From the NCBI GenBank assembly GCA_026417875.1, contig JAOACK010000003.1, positions 11,923-75,922 on the forward strand: a stretch of 64,000 bases of DNA, read 5' to 3'. Below the pieces are notes generated by a model, which made no database searches, was not told where the DNA came from, and saw nothing but the letters and a program-made list of their open reading frames with translations. The translations under genes were made by a program, and so were the position numbers. Shown here piece by piece: positions 57,010 to 64,000 of this stretch (position 1 is its first letter; each line of letters starts with the position of its first letter). The DNA comes from Thermodesulfovibrionales bacterium. GTDB lineage: Bacteria > Nitrospirota > Thermodesulfovibrionia > Thermodesulfovibrionales > CALJEL01.

Positions 57010-59373
57010 ATGGAGTTTATGGATTACCTGAAAAATTTACTTAAAAAAATATTTCATCTTCTTTTTCTTTTTTATCTGTTGGCTGTTTGTGCGAAAGTGT
57101 CAGTTGCTGAAGCGACACCTGAGCACGGTAATATCTCTCTGGAAGAAAGAAAAACTTCCCTATCTCAGAAGACAAGCAATCTCTCTGAGCCGGCTACTAT
57201 TTCACAGCCTGTTGTCATATTAATAGAAGTTAGTGGTGCGAAGCGGGTTACAGAAAATGCTGTGAGGGCGAAGATTTCTCATAAAGTTAATGAACCTGTC
57301 TCCTCTGAAAAAATAAGCAATGATATAAAAGAGATCTATAAAATGGGTTATTTTGATGATGTGAAGGTAGAGATGGAACCTGTGCCTGGTGGCGTAAAAC
57401 TGATTTATGTCCTTAAAGAAAAACCCACAATCCAGAAGATCAATTTTGAAGGCAATGAGGAATTTGATGATCAGAAACTCAGAGAGAACATATCTATATC
57501 CCCGGGCTCAATAGCTGATGCTACGCTCATTCAGGATAATGCATCAAAGATAAAAGCCCTTTATGAAGAAAAGGGATATTATCTCACAAATGTTATTCCA
57601 GTCTTAAGAAAACTGAGAGAGGATACAGTAAGCCTTACTTTCATGATTGAAGAGGGTCCGGTGGTTAAAATAAAAAGGATTATTATTGAAGGAGCAGAAA
57701 AGATACCGCCAGAAAAGGTAAAGAAGGTGATGAAAACAAAGGAACGGGGTTTTTTCTCTTTTCTTACCAAGTCAGGTTACTACAAAAAGGACGAGATGAG
57801 AAATGATATTGAGAGAATAAAGGACCTCTACCTAAATAACGGTTACATCAAAATAGCTGTATCTAATCCAGAGCTAATGATTTCTGAAGATAAAAGAACA
57901 ATGGAGATAAAAATAGCAATTCAAGAAGGAGAGCAATACAGAATTGATTCCATAGCTGTTGAAGGTAACAGGAGCTATCCTGAAGATGAAATCAGGAAAC
58001 TTTTAAGCATAAAAAGGAACGATATATTCAGCAGGGAGGCTTTAAGGAAAGATATTTCCAGCATTGTGAATTTTTATTCAGAAAGAGGTTATGCCCTTGC
58101 CACGGTTATACCAGATGTCATACCTGATGATAGCAAGAAAACTGTAGAGCTTATTCTAAGGGTTCAGGAAGGAGACCTCTTCAGAATAGGACGAATAGAG
58201 ATATTCGGAAATACAAAGACCTGGGACAAGGTCATAAGAAGAGAAATGAGGCTTGATGAAGGAGACATATTTAACAGCAAACTTCTCAGAAGGAGTTATG
58301 AAAGAATAAATAACCTTCAGTTTTTTGAGACTGTTGAGCTCAATCCAAAACCTGATGCAGAGGAAAAGAAAGTGGATATAGATATAAAGGTCAAAGAAAG
58401 ACCAACCGGTATGCTCAGTGTTGGTGGTGGTTATAGTTCCATAGATAGATGGGTAGCAATGGTAGATTTAAGCCAGGGAAATCTTGGAGGAAGGGGGCAG
58501 TATCTCAAACTGAGAGGTGAATTCGGTGGCAGAAGGACACTCTATGAGCTCTCTTACAGGGATCCGTGGTTTCTGGATAAACCACTTTCTTTTGGCCTGA
58601 GTGTTTATAAATCTTCAAGGGAATATCCCCTTTATGATAGAAGGGCCACAGGATTTGAGATATCTTTTGGCAAAAGCTTTACAGAATACTGGGGTGGAAG
58701 CCTTTCCTATAATCTCGAGAAGGTTACAATAGAAAACGTAGATGATGCTGCCTCCCAGTTTATAAAGGATCAGCAGGGTACAAGAGTGACGAGCAGTATC
58801 AGTCCAACAATAGCAAGGGATTCAAGAGACAATTTCCTAGATCCTTCAAGAGGCTCAAGAAATGCCATTTATCTTACAGTTGCAGGTCTTGGAGGCACAA
58901 ATGGTTTTATAAGATCTGTCTTTGATTCCGCATGGTTCTTCCCATGGGGCAAGACAACCTTTTCACTGAGGGGCAGGATAGGTTATGCCTCTGGAGCCTT
59001 TGGAAAAGATCTGCCCATATATGAGAGATTTTATGTTGGAGGTATATACACAGTGAGGGGACTGGGTTTTGGAGAGGCAGGACCTGTTGATGAGAATAAT
59101 GAACCCATTGGAGGTACAAAGGAATTAATATTCAACCTTGAGTACATCTTTCCTCTTATTGAAGAGGCAAGGCTCAAAGGTGTATTATTCTTTGATGCAG
59201 GAAAGGCCTTTGAACAATCAGAACCCATGGATAGTCTCAGAAGAACAGCAGGTTTTGGAATAAGATGGATCTCTCCAATTGGCCCTATCAGGCTTGAATA
59301 TGGAAGAAATCTTGATCCTAAACCCCATGAAAGTAAAGGAAGGGTGGAATTCACCTTTGGAACATTCTTTTAG
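57010..59373 (+). CDS. bamA: Outer membrane protein assembly factor BamA
   Basis: 787 aa with a signal peptide, five POTRA-like repeats, a C-terminal beta-barrel and a terminal ...RVEFTFGTFF. Confidence 0.93.
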   Translation: MEFMDYLKNLLKKIFHLLFLFYLLAVCAKVSVAEATPEHGNISLEERKTSLSQKTSNLSEPATISQPVVILIEVSGAKRVTENAVRAKISHKVNEPVSSEKISNDIKEIYKMGYFDDVKVEMEPVPGGVKLIYVLKEKPTIQKINFEGNEEFDDQKLRENISISPGSIADATLIQDNASKIKALYEEKGYYLTNVIPVLRKLREDTVSLTFMIEEGPVVKIKRIIIEGAEKIPPEKVKKVMKTKERGFFSFLTKSGYYKKDEMRNDIERIKDLYLNNGYIKIAVSNPELMISEDKRTMEIKIAIQEGEQYRIDSIAVEGNRSYPEDEIRKLLSIKRNDIFSREALRKDISSIVNFYSERGYALATVIPDVIPDDSKKTVELILRVQEGDLFRIGRIEIFGNTKTWDKVIRREMRLDEGDIFNSKLLRRSYERINNLQFFETVELNPKPDAEEKKVDIDIKVKERPTGMLSVGGGYSSIDRWVAMVDLSQGNLGGRGQYLKLRGEFGGRRTLYELSYRDPWFLDKPLSFGLSVYKSSREYPLYDRRATGFEISFGKSFTEYWGGSLSYNLEKVTIENVDDAASQFIKDQQGTRVTSSISPTIARDSRDNFLDPSRGSRNAIYLTVAGLGGTNGFIRSVFDSAWFFPWGKTTFSLRGRIGYASGAFGKDLPIYERFYVGGIYTVRGLGFGEAGPVDENNEPIGGTKELIFNLEYIFPLIEEARLKGVLFFDAGKAFEQSEPMDSLRRTAGFGIRWISPIGPIRLEYGRNLDPKPHESKGRVEFTFGTFF

Positions 59374-59497
59374 TATTTGGATTATTTATGTCCCATCGGG
59401 ACACTTAAAAAGGCAAGACCCTCAGGAAATCAAGAGAAACTGTGGATTAAACATCTCTCTTGATGAACTATGGAAATGCCTCATTGAGGAGGAGAAA

Positions 59498-60091
59498 ATG
59501 TTTAGAAAAGGCATGAAGATTTTACTGGTCGGAATTATTTTTACACTTGCCCTTTTCGCCTGGAATGTTCTGGATAACTCGAGAAAAATTTTTCCGAGAG
59601 TCACTGGTGACGGACTCTTTTCAGAGGTGGAGGCTGCTGAAATTAAAATAGGTTATGTTGATCTCGGTAAAGCGCTCAACGATTCAAAGCGAGGGAAGGA
59701 TGCCAAGGCAGAACTCGAAGCCCTTGTTAAACAGAAACAATCCCAGATTGATGAACTTGAAAAAAAGATTAATACTCAGAGAGCAGAGTTTGAAAAACAG
59801 GCGCCCGCCCTATCTGAAAAGGCAAGACAGGAAAAACAGGCAGAGATAGAAAGGTCTATTCAGGATTACCAGAAACTCGTACAGGATGCCCAGGCAGAGG
59901 TGGAGAAAAAGAGAAGAGACCTCACAACAGGCATATTGAAAGAATTAAGGGATATAATAAACGAGATAGGCAAGAAGGAAGGCTATACCATAATTCTTGA
60001 ATCTTCTGAGGGATTGATACTTTATTCAAAGGAAGGACTTGATCTTACAGATCGCATAATAAAGATTTATGACGAAAGACAGAAAAAGTAA
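59498..60091 (+). CDS. skp: OmpH/Skp periplasmic chaperone
   Basis: I chose ATG 59498, which has SD GAGGAGGAG. Signal/anchor segment followed by a coiled-coil Lys/Glu-rich body. Conserved position between bamA and lpxD. Confidence 0.85.
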   Translation: MFRKGMKILLVGIIFTLALFAWNVLDNSRKIFPRVTGDGLFSEVEAAEIKIGYVDLGKALNDSKRGKDAKAELEALVKQKQSQIDELEKKINTQRAEFEKQAPALSEKARQEKQAEIERSIQDYQKLVQDAQAEVEKKRRDLTTGILKELRDIINEIGKKEGYTIILESSEGLILYSKEGLDLTDRIIKIYDERQKK

Positions 60092-60182
60092 TTATCCTTA
60101 CTTTATTTATAATTTATATTAAAGGCAGGTGTACCCAAAGTATTTATAGAAAAGTATTTATTATTCACTTGTAAAGGATTAA

Positions 60183-61205
60183 ATGAAACTTAAGGAGATC
60201 GCTGAATATCTTAAAGGAGAGCTCAGGGGAGAACCTGAGCTTGAGATAAGGGGAGTGGAAGGCATTGAAGATGCTATGGAAGGGGATATTACTTTTCTTA
60301 GAGGAGAAAAGCTACCTGACGGTATCGAGCTTAAAGCTGGAGCCATAATAGTGAAAGATTTCCTCGAAGGCCTATCTATCTCCCAGATCAGGGTTAAAAA
60401 TCCTCAGTATGCCTTTGCAAGGCTTCTTGAGCTCTTTTATGTAAAGAAACATGAATTTAGAGGTGTAAGTAAAGAGGCCTTTATTGAAGAAGGAGTCGAG
60501 CTCGGCAAAAATATCTCAATCTATCCATTCGCCTATGTCTCAAGAGGAGCAAGGATAGGTGATAACACAATCATCGGTCCACATGTATTCATTGGAGAAA
60601 ACAGCACCATCGGAAAGGATTGTCTTATATATCCAAATGTTGTGATAAGAGAGGGGGTCTCCGTTGGTAACAGGGTAATAATTCATTCTGGTACTGTAAT
60701 AGGTTCAGATGGATTCGGCTATGTATTTGAAGACGGAAGGCATTATAAGATACCTCAGGTTGGCGGTGTAATAATCGAGGATGATGTGGAGATAGGAGCA
60801 AATGTAACCATAGACAGGGCTACAAAGGGCAACACAGTAATAATGAAAGGCACAAAGATAGATAACCTTGTACAGATTGCCCACAATGTAAAAATCGGGC
60901 CTCAGTGTATAATAGTTGCCCAGACAGGAATTGCTGGCAGCTCAAAACTGGGAGCAGGCGTTATTCTTGCAGGACAGGTTGGGGTAGCGGACCATATAAA
61001 AATAGGAGATGGTGTTAGGATCGGTGCACAGTCAGGAATAATGGAAGATATTCCTTCAGGCACCTATTTTGGAACTCCAACGCTTCCCCACAGGGAATGG
61101 TTCAGGCTCTATGCCCTTTACAAAAGATTGCCAGAATTATTTCAGAAGATAAAGGAATTAGAAGAAAAGATAAAAAATCTTGAAGGGAGGAAGGAACATG
61201 ATTGA
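60183..61205 (+). CDS. lpxD: UDP-3-O-acylglucosamine N-acyltransferase
   Basis: Left-handed beta-helix hexapeptide repeats, GSDGFGY and a conserved His region. Gene order lpxD-fabZ-lpxA. Confidence 0.92.
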   Translation: MKLKEIAEYLKGELRGEPELEIRGVEGIEDAMEGDITFLRGEKLPDGIELKAGAIIVKDFLEGLSISQIRVKNPQYAFARLLELFYVKKHEFRGVSKEAFIEEGVELGKNISIYPFAYVSRGARIGDNTIIGPHVFIGENSTIGKDCLIYPNVVIREGVSVGNRVIIHSGTVIGSDGFGYVFEDGRHYKIPQVGGVIIEDDVEIGANVTIDRATKGNTVIMKGTKIDNLVQIAHNVKIGPQCIIVAQTGIAGSSKLGAGVILAGQVGVADHIKIGDGVRIGAQSGIMEDIPSGTYFGTPTLPHREWFRLYALYKRLPELFQKIKELEEKIKNLEGRKEHD

Positions 61206-61629
61206 CATCAAGGAAATTCAGTCCATACTTCCACACAGGTATCCCTTTTTACTTGTGGACAGGGTTGTTGAGCTTGAACCCAATGTGAGGATATCTGCTA
61301 TTAAGAATGTCACTATGAATGAACAATTTTTTGTTGGTCATTTTCCAGGTAATCCAGTTATGCCAGGTGTTCTGATTATTGAGGCAATGGCGCAGGCTGC
61401 TGGAGTTCTTGCATACAAGTCAGGTGTTCAAGGCAAGCATGTATATTTTCTCTCAATAGAGAAGGCAAAGTTCAGAAAACCTGTAACTCCAGGTGACCAG
61501 CTTAGATTTGAGGTCAGGGTTTCCCATAACAGGGGGTCTGTCTGGAAGTTTTCCGGAGAGGCTTTTGTGGGAGATAAAATAGTTGCCGAGGCTGAATTTA
61601 CAGCAATGGTAACAGACAGGGAGTTGTAA
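61198..61629 (+). CDS. fabZ: 3-hydroxyacyl-ACP dehydratase
   Basis: [13 protein letters not shown] and [19 protein letters not shown] motifs. ATG 61198 with SD GGGAGGAAGG. Confidence 0.95.
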   Translation: MIDIKEIQSILPHRYPFLLVDRVVELEPNVRISAIKNVTMNEQFFVGHFPGNPVMPGVLIIEAMAQAAGVLAYKSGVQGKHVYFLSIEKAKFRKPVTPGDQLRFEVRVSHNRGSVWKFSGEAFVGDKIVAEAEFTAMVTDREL

Positions 61630-61632
61630 GAT

Positions 61633-62409
61633 ATGGTAGAGATACATCCAACAGCTATTGTCTCAAAGGATGCAGTTTTAGAAGATGGTGTTATCATAGG
61701 TCCTTATTGCATCGTAAATGGTACTGTCCATATCGGCTCAGGGACAAAACTTCTCAGTCATGTAATTATTGAAGGGAAAGTAACAATTGGTTCAAACTGT
61801 ACGATCTATCCATTTACTACCATTGGCCTTCCACCACAGGACCTAAAATATAAGGGAGAGGAAACAGGAGTTCGTATAGGCAATAACAATATGATACGTG
61901 AAAGTGTAACCATTCACAGGGCATCTGTTGGAGGAGATGGCTGGACAGATATAGGAGATAAAAATTTTCTCATGGCCTATGTCCATATAGCCCATGACTG
62001 TAAAATCGGAAGCAATATTATAATGGCTAATGCTGCAACCCTTGCAGGACATGTAAAGGTTTATGATTATGCGGTAATAGGAGGACTTGTCGCAGTCCAT
62101 CAACATACAAGGATCGGTTCCTATGCAATGGTAGGTGGTTTCAGTGGAGTTGGTCAAGACATTCCTCCCTATATGATGGCAGCAGGTGCAAGGGCTGAGC
62201 TCCACGGGCTCAACACCGTGGGCCTTAAAAGACATGGATTTTCAGAGGAGACAATTTCTGAACTGAAAAAGGCATACAAGATACTTTTCAGAGAAAAATT
62301 AACGCTGAGTGATGCTATAAAAAAGGTCCTTGAGACCCTTCCTTACACAGATGAGATTAAGACCCTGATAGAGTTTATTAAGGAAAACAAAAGAGGGATA
62401 TGCAGATAA
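61633..62409 (+). CDS. lpxA: Acyl-ACP--UDP-N-acetylglucosamine O-acyltransferase
   Basis: IHPTAIV... followed by hexapeptide repeats, then NTVGLKRHGFS. Confidence 0.93.
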   Translation: MVEIHPTAIVSKDAVLEDGVIIGPYCIVNGTVHIGSGTKLLSHVIIEGKVTIGSNCTIYPFTTIGLPPQDLKYKGEETGVRIGNNNMIRESVTIHRASVGGDGWTDIGDKNFLMAYVHIAHDCKIGSNIIMANAATLAGHVKVYDYAVIGGLVAVHQHTRIGSYAMVGGFSGVGQDIPPYMMAAGARAELHGLNTVGLKRHGFSEETISELKKAYKILFREKLTLSDAIKKVLETLPYTDEIKTLIEFIKENKRGICR

Positions 62410-62422
62410 TCCAATAATAGCA

Positions 62423-63235
62423 ATGAAAAAAATAGGATTAATAGCAGGTTCGGGTGAATTGCCCTGTTTGATTGCTGAAGAGGCAAAAAAGCAGGGCTAC
62501 AGTGTATTTACCGTTGCTTTAAAAGAACTGGCTTCCCATGATATAGCGCGATGTACTGATGAAATAGAATGGATTAGTGTTGGTAAGCTTGGCTCCATTA
62601 TTGATAGCCTCAAGAAAGCCAGTGTTAAAGAAGCTGTAATGGCTGGAAAGGCACCAAAAGAACTTCTCTACAAAAGTCCTGTAATCCCTGACCTGAGGGC
62701 AATAAAACTTCTCATGAGCCTTAAAGATAGAAAAGACGATACAATAATGCTTGCCATAGTTGAAGAACTAAAAAAGGAAGGAATTCATATACTTAATACC
62801 ACAGATTTTGCCCGCTCCCTTCTTATAAAAGAAGGCATCCTAACTAAGAGGAAACCTTCAAAGGTCCAGATGGCAGATGTAGAATTCGGGTACAGAATAG
62901 CAAAGGAAATCGGAAGACTTGATATAGGCCAGACAGTGGTTATTAAGGACAGGGCTGTAATGGCTGTAGAGGCAATAGAAGGAACAGACAGGGCAATTAA
63001 AAGAGGCGGGGAACTCGCTGGTGGAGGAGCTGTTGTTGTTAAGGTAAGTAAACCCCAGCAGGACCTGAGATTTGATGTGCCTGTGGCTGGTCTTCATACC
63101 ATAAGGTCAATGAAAGAATCGGGATGTACTGTGCTTGCCCTTGAGGCTGAAAGATGTCTTTTCATACAGAAGGAAGAGGCTGTAAAAGAAGCAGACAATG
63201 AAGGTATGATTATACTAGGTTATAAAGAATCCTGA
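62423..63235 (+). CDS. lpxI: UDP-2,3-diacylglucosamine diphosphatase LpxI (DUF1009)
   Basis: IGLIAGSGELP, DIGQTVVIKDRAVMAVEAIEGTD..I.RGG pattern. Located after lpxA. Confidence 0.8.
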   Translation: MKKIGLIAGSGELPCLIAEEAKKQGYSVFTVALKELASHDIARCTDEIEWISVGKLGSIIDSLKKASVKEAVMAGKAPKELLYKSPVIPDLRAIKLLMSLKDRKDDTIMLAIVEELKKEGIHILNTTDFARSLLIKEGILTKRKPSKVQMADVEFGYRIAKEIGRLDIGQTVVIKDRAVMAVEAIEGTDRAIKRGGELAGGGAVVVKVSKPQQDLRFDVPVAGLHTIRSMKESGCTVLALEAERCLFIQKEEAVKEADNEGMIILGYKES

Positions 63236-63239
63236 AGAA

Positions 63240-63962
63240 TCAGTCCCTACCACAAGCAGGACAGGAAGGATCCTTTCTAATCTTAAACAGTTTAAATTCA
63301 GCACCCGAGCCACCATCCCAGTATAGGAGCCTTCCTTTAAGATTTTTTCCAATATTAACAAGATATTTTATGGCCTCAAAGGCCTGCAATGCCCCTATCA
63401 CGCCAGGAGTGGTGCCTACAACAGGAAAGGTCTCCTTCGGAGGGGCCTCAGGATAGATACACTGCAGGCAGGGAGTCTCGGGATAATGAAGGAATGTTAG
63501 CATGCCCTGCATAGCATAAATACTTCCAAAAACCATGGGAATCTTTTTACTTATTGCCACTCTATTAAGAACATACCTTGTTTCAAAATTATCCATGCAA
63601 TCAATAATTATATCTGCATCACCAACAAGCTGAGAGGCATTGGTATCAGTAATTTTTTCCTCAATTGCTACAATCTCTATATCAGGATTTATTTCTAAAA
63701 GACTCTCTTTTGCTGACTGAACCTTGCTCATACCCAGTCTTGAAGGTCTGTGTAGTATCTGTCTGTTCAGGTTTGTCTCTTCAATCCTGTCGAAATCACA
63801 GATGATTATCTTTCCAATACCTGCAGCGGCAAGGTATAATGACACAGGACTACCAAGGCCTCCTGCACCAGCAATAAAAACAGAGGAATTTTTTAGCCTG
63901 AGCTGACCCTCCTCGCCCCAGCCATCTATAAGCATCTGTCTGTGATATTTTTTAAAATCCAC
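63240..63962 (-). CDS. ThiF/MoeB/HesA-family adenylyltransferase
   Basis: YHRQMLI..WG..GQ..L, GAGGLGS and two CxxC pairs (CLQC, CPAC). GTG start with SD AAGGATGAG. Confidence 0.85.
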   Translation of the reverse strand: MDFKKYHRQMLIDGWGEEGQLRLKNSSVFIAGAGGLGSPVSLYLAAAGIGKIIICDFDRIEETNLNRQILHRPSRLGMSKVQSAKESLLEINPDIEIVAIEEKITDTNASQLVGDADIIIDCMDNFETRYVLNRVAISKKIPMVFGSIYAMQGMLTFLHYPETPCLQCIYPEAPPKETFPVVGTTPGVIGALQAFEAIKYLVNIGKNLKGRLLYWDGGSGAEFKLFKIRKDPSCPACGRD

Positions 63963-64000
63963 TGCTCATCCTTATTTTATAGGGCTAATCTCTGCCACCT

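Noticed and set aside
59279-59497. Extension of the skp ORF back into bamA
   Set aside because: It overlaps the last 95 nt of bamA in another frame. A strong SD (GAGGAGGAG) precedes ATG 59498, which gives a normal signal/anchor sequence.
63963-64000. Possible 3' end of another minus-strand gene upstream of thiF/moeB. One frame ends ...GGRD*, reminiscent of a ThiS/MoaD-like Gly-Gly tail
   Set aside because: Only 38 nt are visible and all three frames terminate, so the correct frame cannot be chosen.

Overview
AT-rich, very densely coded chromosomal segment with about 66 protein genes. I found no rRNA, tRNA, CRISPR array, integrase, transposase or prophage signature. Most of it is core housekeeping. 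In order it contains: a partial class II ribonucleotide reductase (nrdJ) with candidate NrdR boxes; an 11-gene complex I cluster (nuoABCD, a 760-nt gap, then nuoHIJKLMN) that lacks nuoEFG; dgt, mqnB, hfq, a NUDIX gene, a HIT-family gene (histidine triad nucleotide-binding protein) and hisI; a RACo-like corrinoid activase, a small ferredoxin and cooC; two sensor-kinase/sigma54-activator pairs; an fba-pfk operon; a hemA-hemC-cobA/hemD operon; DUF3842-cooT-lplA; a futalosine-pathway radical SAM gene; an MSHA/T2SS-like secretin-ATPase-platform cluster; an orphan peptide/nickel-type binding protein; livHMGF; gatB; mazG; and bamA-skp-lpxD-fabZ-lpxA-lpxI followed by a thiF/moeB-like gene. This gene content (EFG-less Nuo, futalosine route, Wood-Ljungdahl accessory genes, many sigma54 regulators) suggests a thermophilic anaerobe of the Nitrospirota/Thermodesulfovibrio type or a similar lineage, but that is inference only. 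Two genes are missing from the ORF track: the edge-truncated nrdJ and a 59-aa ferredoxin. I do not see a convincing new multi-gene system such as a defence island or mobile element. The observations most worth following up are: (1) nuoD broken by a one-base frame change in a T4 run; (2) the long non-coding spacer and perfect palindrome before nuoH; (3) a near-consensus sigma54 promoter driving a small secreted protein; (4) an Mrr-like nuclease-fold protein plus a Cys-rich microprotein translationally coupled into the fba-pfk operon; (5) a divergent P-loop // DUF3842-CooT module next to the haem operon; (6) a secretin/ATPase/platform cluster with no pilin genes; and (7) several start codons without a Shine-Dalgarno (SD) sequence directly behind consensus -10 boxes (candidate leaderless mRNAs). 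All functional calls rest on motifs I read in the translations; no database search was run.
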